Part shown: in pieces, positions 26,964 to 39,500 of the stretch
Position numbering within the stretch: position 1 is the stretch's first letter
How the letters are laid out: each line of letters opens with the position of its first letter
Assembly (NCBI GenBank): GCA_964658305.1
Contig: OZ210885.1
Span: 11,470,001-11,534,000, forward strand
Source of the DNA: Leptogorgia sarmentosa
Taxonomy: Eukaryota
Direction of reading: 5' to 3'
Length of the DNA: 64,000 nt
Program-made: the position numbers and the translations under genes
Notes under the pieces: model-generated
What the model was told of the DNA's origin: nothing
Databases searched by the model: none
The model's input: the letters and a program-made list of their open reading frames with translations, nothing else

Positions 26964-27549
26964 ATGATATCAGAGGAAGAACAACATTGGGTTTTGGTTG
27001 GCATTGCCTTTACCAAAGTTCTTGCACCTGCATTGAGGAAAGTTGTCGCCACTGAACTTGGGAAGTGGTATAATTCTTTATGCCAACCACCTGATGAAAT
27101 TCACAAGCAAGATTTCGCAGCATACAGAAGGAAGAAATTACCCCCTTCCACCCATAACCTACAATATCAAAACATTAACAACAACATTATCCACAAGCCT
27201 ACTAAATCAGCTTATGATTATGCTGTTAAAGATCCTGTCTCGTTGGCGAAACTATTCGTCACGGACTTTATGGCACATTTCACTGGATTTGATGAAACCA
27301 TGGATATGTCAGCACTTTTGACTATTATCGGCAAGGCAGACCCTTTTGTATCTTCTGGTGCTGCAGCTGAAGCAAACAAAGTTCGGTCGGACATCAGAAA
27401 CCCATGGGCTCATTGTAACATCTCTGAATGGACAGTGCATATGTTCAATGACTCGTTTCAAGCAATGGAATCTTTGGTGAAAATATTAAATTTACCAGCA
27501 GCTGACGAAAAAATAATTTGTGATGACCTAGATTTCTGGAATAAAACAG
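26964..27549 (+). CDS. Exon 1: N-terminal helical domain with HEPN-like RxxxxH motif (DZIP3-like HEPN / CXorf38-like)
   Basis: ORF MISEEEQHWVLVGIAFTKVLAPALRKVV...DMSALLTII...KVRSDIRNPWAH. Acceptor AG at 26955-26956, donor GT at 27550. Confidence 0.8.
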
Positions 27550-30500
27550 GTACACTGTATTATTCCACAGATCATTTTTTATCTCCAGTACGAAAACCCC
27601 CATGTGTTGAAAGAATTTCTCTTATTATTTATTTATTATTATTATTATCCAATTTTATTCATATATTACCATATATACAATTCAATGCGATTCTTAATAC
27701 GATCAATCGTTGAAATTATATGGGGTCGAACAGGTAAAAAAAATTAAATTCTTCAATAGTGTAACTATACTTTGAAACTTTACATAGAAATCTAGTGTTG
27801 AATTGGTGACAGTGATTTATTTTTAGACCTTCATATAAGTGCAGAAGTTAAATGCCTTTAATACTGTATACAACATGATATACAGTATAGTACAACTAAA
27901 TATATGCTGACATATGCATAAGATCAAAATTTTCACATGAATTAGACTTCGTAAATCGTACTAATTCCAGTTCGACATTTGTGTTCAAAACTTCAATCAT
28001 CCAAAAGTGGAATAAAAGGGAATGTTTAACGCAATTTTGCCAATTTTTTCATTTTAGTATTAGGCACGCAAAATTGATAGACTTTTCTCGATAAGGATAT
28101 AAATGCATGGGTAATACAAAATATACAAAATTTGAAAACTTTACAGGGTCATATTTTTCGCATTTTAAAACAATTCTCAACCAAACTTTACAGTTTTACT
28201 AAATTTGGGATGCTCTTTAACGATGTAGCTCTGAATTGTACCATTTCGAAATTTTTAAAAATTGTCTATTATGCAAAAAATCTACTTTACTCAAAACGTC
28301 CGACCTGTTTGCATTTTTAGGTAGTGGGTAGGACATGTGCTGCTTGCTGATGTTGTTATCCTCTATCTACTACACTGGCCGCATATTGAAGTTTGCTAAT
28401 AACGACAGCAGACCATGCTTATCAAATAGTTTGTATGGACAGCAAGGCATGCTTTTTCATGTATCCTTCGTGCTACGCGCATTAGCAGCGATATATTTAT
28501 AGTGTTTGTGATACTCAAGATAAATTTTCTTCATTATTTCCAGACATTCTTGTTGATGGTCGTCACGCAAAACTAATTGCAGAAAGTGTAGCTGAACTTT
28601 GCCGTTGTATCAAAAACTACGATTTGGACGCCACAAAGGTTTGAGGAACTTTTGATGTTTCATTTAACAGTCGTTGAATAAGTAGGAAGACGCTGTTCAA
28701 ATTAATATAAAACATGTTTCAAATGCGAGCCAATGCAAATTTTCAGCGTGGGAACGCAATCTGTGCTTTTTTTCGATAATGCTGTTTTTATGAGTTTTGT
28801 TTTATCCGTTAAGTCAAACATGTGCATACTTTTTTGGGGACACGTTTGCAATAGAATACTTAGAACGAAGCGTGTACCGATGAATAAAACACACTACATA
28901 TCAATTACTGATAAATAAAATACTCTTTTAGGGGGAAAAAAACTAGCCCAAGGGGCTGGGACATCCCATTAAGCAAAACAATTGAGCCATTCTCATAGGC
29001 AAGAGATAAACCTAAATTTGATAGATAACAATTATTTTTCCTTGCAAAATTGCTATTGAGGTTCCAACGTTGAACTACAAATTTCTGAAAAGTTTACAAA
29101 CTAGGAAACTTGCATATCAGATTTCAATAGACCTTATGTATAATGTCGTCACAAAAACTTTAGCTCGTATTCGACTTTACATCTGTGTCGACCAAGCATT
29201 GAAATATTTCGTCCTCACAGTGAGGTAAAAATTATTCGATGGCCAATTTATAAGAGAGGAAAAAATAGGTACGCATGTGGGTAGCCCGTAAAAGATCGGC
29301 GAAGCAATTTTCCCTTTCCCTAAAATCCCAACCATTAAAGTCAGGAAAATATTGATCAAGCTCAGACGGTTAAGAACACGGGCGTGCGTCGCTGTTCAAA
29401 CAAAACAAGTCCACAGAGTTTCCGTCTTCTCTCTTTAGCTAGCCACAATGCGTAGTTTCTGTCCCTAGGATTCTTGACTTGCTCGGTAATTGCCTTGAAG
29501 TTCTTCAGTAATTCTATTTAATTTGGGAATTAACTCTATAAGCGACTGGCTTCGGTTTCTCGCCTTTGCTGGGCGAGAGTTATAACTCCATCGTTTATCG
29601 ACTGGGAGTTTTATTTTCAGTTTGCCAAAGCACTCCAAGTATAGAACGACTGTCTTTAAACTTCAGGACATCAGACCGCAGTTGGTTCTTTTCAGTTTTG
29701 GAGCTTAGTTCACCCCGCGCTAGTTACTCTTCGTCACCTTTTTTTCATTCAAGAACTAACAATTTTACTTTACTCATCTCGCCTAAGATTCATTGTTTTC
29801 AGTCACCTCGATACACGCTTTCAATTCCAACTAATTCTTCTCGAATCCTTGTGTGGCCCTGCCCTCTTTACTTGTCAGGTCGTCCTCGGCTCATATATAT
29901 TGTCTCATCTTAATCTCTAATCTAATATATATGAAAAAATTTCTCGATTCTGATTGGCTGAAAGCAGTGCAATTTTAAGGAAATACAGTGCCAAAAAAGG
30001 AAATTCATGTTAATGTCCTATGATTGGCTGAGATTACAAAGCTATCCAATCAGATTAAGTCATTTCTGGCGAACAATAACAAAATATGAAATTATTCGAG
30101 GATGAAAAAATGGCTGCCTTTTTGGGTAGATTTTTTTGGCAACAGACAAATGATAGAGGGGCTTAAAAATAGTTCGAAAAATGAAAATACCAGGAAAGAT
30201 ATCTAGTCTTGTGGTTGATTGTGCGGAGAAAATGGTGCATTGAAAAGGAAATACAGCGCGAGATACAAAATATTCCGCAAGAGGTGTTAGATTATATATT
30301 TTGCTCGATTGTTTTTATGCTGAACGAAAACTGTGAATTAAAAAAGAAACGACATGAATATGAACCAGACAGCTTAAAAGTGATATTAACAGCAGTCGAT
30401 GATGACAACTTTTTTATAATAAGAGACAAAGATTTCCCTTCGTTCAAGCAAGTGCTCGGTGGACAAGCAAAACATCTCCGCATATTAGCGGCCGAACAAA

Positions 30501-33500
30501 GCGAGACAAGTAAAATCTACTTAAATTCTCATGCTATTTGGAAAAACATACACTCGTGAGTTTGTCAAAGACTTCAAATTACACTCGTCCTTTGGACTCG
30601 TGCAATTTGAATGTCTTTGAAAAACTCACTCGTGCATGTTTTTTTCCAAATTGCACTCGAAACCATACAATTACTCATACTAATAACGTCAGATTATAAC
30701 TATTATTACATCACACACCTTAAACCGCTTTGTGAAGTTGAGAGTGATTTCAGATTTGTTTTAGCCCGTAAATTGAATATTACTAAATCAATTTTATCTA
30801 TTCAGATAAATCCAGTGATGGAGAAACTCGATAACATACAATCCACACTGCTTCGCAAAATTAAAGAGGTTGAAAGGTCTGCAGCTGAGAAACTTGAACA
30901 TCATTCAATGGAGCTTAAACGTCTGGCGGAGAAAACAGATGAAATCGAATGTCGTCAGAAAAAGCCGAGGACGGAGCATTCAGATTTTGCAGAGAAAAAA
31001 GGTAGTGTTTCAATTAACTAGGAAAGATGGGAATCTATTTATGCAGATTATATTATGCAGGAAAATTTACAGAGTATCAGGCAGCCATTCAATTTTCAAA
31101 ATTTGTCCCCCCAGGAACCTTCCCGGTCTTCAACGTTCTGTTTCTAAAGATTTCTTGTAGAAAAATATCTCGTTAGAGTAAACGGCAACAGGAATCCAAT
31201 ATGTCTTCTAAGACTTCCCAGATTTAGTGGGAATCCGAAAGCATTGGCAGTGCAGTACGCGCTGTCGCACTCATCATCACTAAAAATGAATTTTAATGTT
31301 GGGCGGGTTAACTGCGTAGGTCACAACCAAATAAAAAACGCTCGTGAAAAGTTGACGCAGCTCAATTGCGACAAGAATGCTTAAATGTTGCTGATAGTTG
31401 TTAAAAGCTTCTTCTTTTGATTTGTGTCCTAAAATGCTTCATTAATAGGAGATTCAGTTTAGCCAATGTTGAAAGTCAAGTTGTCAAGTTGCGAACTGTG
31501 GTAGAAAATGTAAAATCTTCTGAAAATTAGCAAAATTTGTCTTTAATGGAAAGATTGACCAGCTTATTCGAAAATTTCGAGAAGGGACCACACAATGGTT
31601 CTTTGACGACTTTGAAAAATGGCTTCGCGATACGAAATCGAGAGTTATGATCCTAAATAGAGGTCCCGGCGTTAGGAAAAGTGTTCTGTCGGCAAAATTA
31701 TGTGACTTGTATGAAGAGACTGGCCAGCTTGCTGGTTGCCACTTCTGTTACTTTAGAGGCTCTGATTGCCGAGATGTCACTGTTCGTTTGTACTACTTTC
31801 TAAAAATCCATGCTGTAAATGATGTTTATAGCTTTATTCTATAGCATGATTTGAAAGCTTCAACTGAAATGGACGCTGCGCGATATATACAATGAAACGT
31901 CGGCTGTCCAGAAGCCGAATCATACCCTAGAATGTCTAATTCTTATTTGTATAGGTACATATTGGCATGGTTTCGAATGCAATTTCGATATAGTATGCAC
32001 GAGTGACCTCGATGATTAGGAATGGTAGTTTGATATTACATATCTTTATATCACCACTGCACTCAGTGGACAGCACTTCAAAATCATACCGTACTCCAAG
32101 TTCTCTCACCCTGCAGTACAGGTGGTGAGGAAAGACTGTACCAATTAGTACCTTCTGCGCGCGCACGCATAAACGACCAAACAGGAACAGCCACAACGTA
32201 GAAACTTCTCATCAATAATTGTAAACCACACTACAAATTGCTTTTCTTGGTAAAGTTTAAATAAAGTTTAGACTCACTTCAGTAACAATACACTGCAAAC
32301 TGTAGCAAGAGATTTTCATGCCAGGGCGACGTAAAATATTGAACGAAATTAATGTTCAAAGTTGAAATTATACAAATATGCATTCTGGTATGCACAATTA
32401 TTTGAAGCGTGCAGCAAAGCGATTTCAAAATTATCATCTATATTTTTTAATCGATATTCTAGTTCCGTATGGATTACGCAATCTACCTGCTCACATGGTG
32501 GAAAGGCCATCAGAAGTAACCGAGATATTGGAGTTACTCAAGCAGGGAAATAAAGTGGGTGTTGTTGGACGTCATGGTGGGGACGTTGGTATCCGTGGAA
32601 TGGGAGGCCTCGGTAAGACGGTGTTAGCCCAAGCTGTTGCCTGGGAAGTCTCAAAATCTCGTCAAGTTGTCTGGCTTGACATTGGTCAAACACCTGATCG
32701 CTTGAAACTGATTAACACCCTCGTCAGAGTCCTTGGTGGAGATGTGTCGTTCAGTGATATTGTTGCAGCGCAATCTTGGTTAAGAAAATACACGGTATGT
32801 ATGCTGTGCTATATTTGATGTTTGTGAGAAAATGTGATAGGGCTATTTTCAAGATAGGGACGATTTTTAATGGGATGTAGCTCGGATAGCCAAGTTGCAC
32901 GAATACAGAAAAATATATCCGGTACAGCGTTGGTAAACGTAAATTAAAGCGACGTTAAATGTAGAAGTATGATGTTAGATGGACGTTAAAGATAGAATAG
33001 TGGCAATTCTTCCAAGTCTTTTCTTTCGCACGACCACTTACCCAGGGCGGTAAGCTTTATTACTTGTCTTTAATTTTTAAAATAAATTTAGCATTTTAAC
33101 CCGGCTTCGCCTTGTTCAGTATTGAAAATTTCTCGTGCGTTGTACAGCCAGTTCGTGTAAGTATTTGTAAATAAAGCACAATTCTTAACTCGTGCATTCT
33201 TGTTAAACGAAAACAATATATATTTGCATACGACTGATGTGTCGAAATATTTCCTTCATGCAGTGATGATATTTCCCTTGGGCTGAAGCCATCAGGTCTT
33301 CATGAAATATTTCGACGATTATATGTAGCCCCCGGGTCTATAAATGATAATTAAAATAGTACCTCTACTTTCTCAGTTCGTTAAAAAACCTCATTCATCT
33401 CATGCATTGGTGGTGAGATGATGGCAGCTGGGACTCTTTTACACTTGCAATTTTTGCAGCGATTTCTAGTGCGAGTTTTATTATTGAGGTGAAAGACTAA

Positions 33501-36500
33501 ACCAGTTGCGGAATTCAGAAATAATAAAATCAGAACATTCGTCATAAATCCACCTATGCATGAACATGTGCCTCGTATATCAGAAAGGCCAGAAAATGCC
33601 ACTAAAAAATTGCAAGCGAGCCTTTGAAGGCCTTGGCTAGTAAGAGTGGTAAATTTTACCAACCTTTGAATGCAGTTAACAGATACGGTTTCTGAGCTAG
33701 TTTTCAACTCATTTTTAGATTGATAAAGATTGTTTGGTTGTTGTTGATGATGTTTGGAAGGTGGACGACGCTGCTGTATTCAATTGCTTATCTGGCAAAT
33801 GCCAATTATTAATAACAACTAGAGATGCTACTGTTCTCTGCGGCTCGGGAATTACCAAGTACGAACTTGTTATTATGCCACAAGATAAATCCCGAGGGCT
33901 CTTGTATCGGAGCGCCGGGATAAGTCCAGACGAACAGTTAACGCCAAACTTACGGCGAATTATTGCAGACCTGTTAGAGCAGTGTCGAGGTTTACCGCTG
34001 GCTGTGTCACTGGTGGGTTCAAATTTAACGGACACTCGTGCGGAACAAGATTGGGAGGATGTTTTAGATGATCTTAAAAATGCTGACCTGGAGAGAATTC
34101 GTATATTATTTCCCAAAGTCGATTATCCTTATGATAACCTCTTAGCAGTCATTGATGTGAGCTATCAACGCCTAGACGAAAGTGTACGCGAGATGTTTCT
34201 ATATTTGGCTATATTTCCAGAGGATACAGATATACCGTCAGATGTACTCGAGCTGCTGTGGTGTTCGATACAGAACCAGAATGGAAAAACTTCGCGCAAA
34301 CCTCAGAAACACAAAGATATACTTGCTGTGCTCGAGAGAAAGTCGCTGATCTTAAAAGGTATATATATATTTATTACATAGACAAGCACTATATATGAGA
34401 TATTCTGTAATCTGATTGGCTGAGCTACTCACTAGCTATTACTTCATATATAGTGAGTAGGACGAATTTAATGATCTCACTCAAGTGAGCTTAAAACAAA
34501 ATGGCTGAAAATGGCTGAGCGTTTCCTTCAAATGAATGATTTTAATAAAATTTATAATGTTCGCCTTTTGTCTATATAATAAAACAATTATACCATTCGC
34601 TCTCGTCGTATATGGCTGATAGCCAACTCATCGGCTATCAGCTCATATACGACTCGAGCTCATGGTATAATTGTTAAATATAGTTTTATATTTTAACAGT
34701 TTTGCATGAAAAATTGTTAAAATTCAGTTTTGCACCGAAAAATTTTTATATTTAGTGCGAAGTTCACTTTGAAGTATTGTCATTAGTCACGAACATTTAC
34801 AACATTCAGTGAACCAGTAATACAGGTTACAAAGTGGATCGAGATTTCATCCTGGATTGACGGGAAAACTAAACCGAACAACGTTTGCGTGTCTTAACCG
34901 CGTGCAGAAATTTATTTTGGGATCACTTTCTTTGGGATACTTAGTAACCGCGCGTACTTTATAAATTTTATTGTATTGCAAAATCTATTCATATAAAATA
35001 GTTGGCTCAGAGGTTGTGGTCCCGGCTCGCCAGTAGCGAACCTGCAAATTCGAATCTCGCGTGTTGGCTTTTTGTCATTTTGTTTGTTTTTTTCAAGCTC
35101 TTTTTCTCAGCATTTTGTTATTAGGGTCAGAATTACTGTTTGGGCCAGGATTAGAAAAACAAAAATAAGAAAAGACAATATTTTCTGTTTAGAGTCAGAA
35201 TTGCCATATAATATTCTCGACCCAGTACCTCCCGAGCAAAGTGATCCCAAAAAAAATTTCTGCTAACCGCGTATTTTCATTGCTCCAAGTCGATTTTGCA
35301 TGTGAAGCAAAGCGAATGTGAGTATACTTGCATCCAACTATAGACATCTAGTACAACCGTCAAGAATTCTTTTGAATGATATGAATGCTCTCATTAAGAC
35401 TTCATTAACAGAAATATAAGGAGAAGGCGTAAGATAGAATGTTATCTAAGGCGAATAATTCGTTAATAACTCTGAATGGTTTTCTTGTATCATCCATGCA
35501 AAGAGTATGTTTTGCATGTGTCTTTTAAACAATTTGACTCCATTGCCTGCTTATCCAACATTTTTCAAATCATTGCCACCTCGTTTCCATGGCCCAGAAG
35601 TTAAAACTTGCGATGACTTGCATCTCGTTTGATCATGGCTTAATATTAATCAAAGCCAGTTCATGTTGTTAGTAAATGTATTAACTAGTTCTGAACATAA
35701 CGTATTGGAGAATCCCGTTATTGGAGTTTGTGGGTTAGCCCTACCATCTATTTTCATCTAGTGTCTATTGTAATTTCTTTATTGATGTTTTGTAATAATA
35801 AGGCGAATCATGTGAATTAAAAAACATTCTTTGCTTTTTAGGAATTAGAATCAGGACTACCTTAAGTCTATGTGCCTTTTTACAGATATTGCATTATTCT
35901 TGGCTCAGTATAGCCAGTAATTATTCTTATTGTGACTAAGCCATTTCGTATTTACGAAAACCTGATAGCACAATTTCTTCCATAGCTACTCAACGGCGAT
36001 TTGAAAAATTGTCCGTCTCTAGTACAAATTTCCTAACATTTCGATCAATTTCAGGGCCTGAACTCCACGGAAAGAGAAGCTATCGTGTACACGACTTGCT
36101 TTTGGATTTTGCCCAGACAAAACTTCAAGACATGGGTACACTAAATGATGTTCAGGATAAGTTCGTAAAGACACTTCGTGGCCTGTGCGTGGATGGTGAA
36201 TGGAATGATAATTCAACTACCTGCCAAAGAGACTATTATTTCAAGTACCTACCCTATCACATTTATTCTTCGGGACGACATGGTGAACTACTTCAGCTGC
36301 TGTTTGATCTACACTGGCTCAAACAAAAAGTGAAGCACGTCAACGTATTCTCTGTAATATCAGATTTTCGTTTTGTGGACACAGAATCGAAGGAAATCCA
36401 ACTTCTCAAATCCTCGTTAATGTACTCTGCCGAAGTCATCAATGAAAAGCCAGATTCAATCTGTCCTCAACTCCTAGGTAATTCAAATAATGAACTTTAA

Positions 36501-39500
36501 GTTATCTCATTCTTCTATGATTTATTTAAGTTGCCTCACTATTTAGTGCAAAGTTTCGAAGAAATTTTGCATTATTTTGATGAGTGGCGAAAATTCACAT
36601 CAGTCATTCATTCATTCATAGTGTAAACTTGGGGGGAGGGCGTGTTCTTCCCAAAATGTTCCCATGTACAAAAATTATGCAATTGTAGCTATAAATCGTT
36701 GTTCAGCATTGTTTGCAATTACTCTAATGAATAGGAAAGTAAGCTAGATGAGTAATGTCACTAATGTGACCTAAGAGCCCCACAAGTTGGAGTACACAAT
36801 GCCGGAAAGTCCCTCCGGAATTTCAATTTTTGCAAAAGCATTCATTCGGGGCATTAAAATTTCTACACAACATGGCGAACGCTTAGAGTAGGGCCGTCAA
36901 TCAGTGAAGTTGGTTAACAATGTTTTGACAAAATGTAAACGCTGTAATTACAGCAAAATGTAATCGTCACATTACGTGCGTCTGCGCATGACGCAGTACC
37001 TCGTATCGCACGTGTAAAGCATGCTTTGGGTAATTCAAGGTGATTGGCTCAATAAATATGGAAATACACTCAGTTGAGTAAGATGCCAAAGATCATTATA
37101 AAACAGCCAGAACACGTGCACAACGCGTTGCGTGTATTGAAAATAATTAGCTGGCTGATCGATACGAATCAATGTGGCTGTCGCACAACGTCATATGAGT
37201 TCTTGCCAACACACAAGGAGTTGTTCGTATACGATCGAAGAAAATGAAGTGCAAACCTTGCGACATTTCTGAATACCTCTTGACTCGTCAGAGGGCTGAT
37301 TTTAAAAGTAAAAGATGAAGAGATAACCAACGTGTTATCGCCACTTGCTTCCCCTTGCCAGCGAGCCTTCTGTAATCGAGGAAAACGGCAAGGAGATAGC
37401 CAACGTGTTGTCGCCACTCGCTTCACTTGGCAGCGACCCTTCTGTAATCGAGAAACTATGCAAATTGTTAACTTATCTGAAATGATGAAAAATTTATATA
37501 TGAAACAGTTACGCTTATGAGACGCTTACTTGTATGAATCAAAGGTCAATGAGACTTAGAGCACATCACACGTATTCAAAAGCAACATCCGATGCTAGTT
37601 TACAGCTAAGTAGCAATAATTATAATACGAATATAAAAGGTGAACTTTTATCTACAAAAGTAGCTCATGATGTATAAAACATTTGGGACATGCTAGAAAA
37701 CGTGATCGTGAACCGTCTAGACATTCCCATGAAAAAGTTATTTATTTAATGAGCACAATTAAGACAAAAGGCGTAGAATAAAAAGCTTCATTTCATTCAA
37801 AAATCATCATGTTGGTACAATTTTCTCTCTACAAGATACCGCAAAAATGTGATTCAAAAACCTGAAAATACAAACATGTGGCAATTTCTGAAGCCTACGC
37901 AAAGTTTCATGCAAAGAATGATTGTCTCAAAAGGAGTTTGACCATTACTAACACGCATACTTATCAGAACAAGAAAACACAAATGTTTTCAATTAAACAA
38001 TGCTAAAATTGTTCGCGCAAATAAATGTAATGTACAAAGAATAAAAACATGTGATAATTTGTTTCTTATTTGTGTGTGGTGATATTGAGTTAAATCCGGG
38101 TCCCGTGAATGTTATTCGTTTGTCAGTGTTGACGACAAGATGAGCTCGCAAAGGGCGTAAGCAAGTAAATATTGTCGGTGATGCTAACTACTTCTTTCGT
38201 AGTGTTAGCCAGCAACTTACGGAACTGAAGATCGTCATCTCCAAATAAGAGCTCTCGCAATGCAAAACTTAATAAACTGTCCAGAACATTTCATGGAAAA
38301 TAACACTGAGCCGTCATGATTGCAATGTTTACGAAGTATGTCGACACTTAGTACATGGGCAGACAATATTATTATACAGGCAGTTGCTAATACAAATAAT
38401 TTACGAATAATTCATCACGGAAAGTGCACTCAATTTTTCCGAGTCAACAATTGTGAACTATTTATACTGAGCTTGAAGGAGAAAATGCGAGAGACATTTA
38501 TATAGGCCATCTTGATGAACTGCATTACGTGTCAACCACGTCTATCACAGAATCTTTTTCTGTACAAACAAATCAAATAACAGATGCTGAAACTTATCAA
38601 ACTCGCGAGATTCTCCATCCAAATCAGAAAATTTATCAAAGTAAAAAGGATTTGCCTTATTAAGCAAAAATAGACGAGAGGAAAAAATATATAAAAGAGT
38701 GAGAAAAAGATGATGAAATTGAAAACAAAGAACTTGAAACAAAAAGTCTTATCATAAAAACTATAAAAATTTGAACACTGAAAAAATTAAAGAATCTAGC
38801 TTGGCAAAAAGCTCCTGCAACATACAAAGAATGAAATCCCGAGAAGGTTAAACAGTCCTCCAAGAAAGCCACTGCAAGATACATTGATAATAATCCTGAA
38901 AACGTTGAAGAATGTAGAATGCGAGCTACTGCATTTTACAGAAATTTAAATTCTGAGAAGGTTAAACAGTCCTCTAAGAAAACCACTGCATGATACATTC
39001 ATAATAATCCTGAAAAGTTTGAAGAATCTAGAATGCGAGCTACTGCATTTTATAGAAATTTAAATTCTGAGAAGGTTAAACAATCCTCTAAGAAAACCAC
39101 TGCATGATGCATTCATAACAATCCTGAAAAGGTTGAAGAATCTAGAAAAAGAGCTACTGCATTTTATAGAAATTTAAATCCTGAGAAGGTTGTGGAATCA
39201 TCTAAAAACTAAAGTAGAATTTATAATAAGAACTGTCCCGTATAAAGAGTTCAAAATATTCTAAAAAGGGGGTTATATTGAAAGGAAACTGTCTTGTACG
39301 GAAACAAACGAGATTAAAATCTAACTTCCAAGACAATTCAATTGAAACTTTATAATTAATGTAAATCCTTCTGATACGAGGTTGTCGACAAACATATCAA
39401 CAGCCGTTGAATTATTTCATCCGAACATTAGTGTTGGACCAAAATACATTTGTACATGTTGTGACCAGTATAATACCATGTATCAGACCAATATAATGTT

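Noticed and set aside
29400..29900. BEL/Pao reverse-transcriptase relic on the minus strand
   Set aside because: Only faint motifs (ILGVLW, DDL) among many stops.
34995..35065. tRNA gene
   Set aside because: It has A/B-box-like words, but I could not build a cloverleaf; it lies inside a MITE.
26486..36813. NF-kB-like sites (GGACTTTCCC at 26486, GGAAAGTCCC at 36804)
   Set aside because: They fit an immune gene, but similar 10-mers occur elsewhere (about 11206, and inside exon 10) and the transcription start is unknown.
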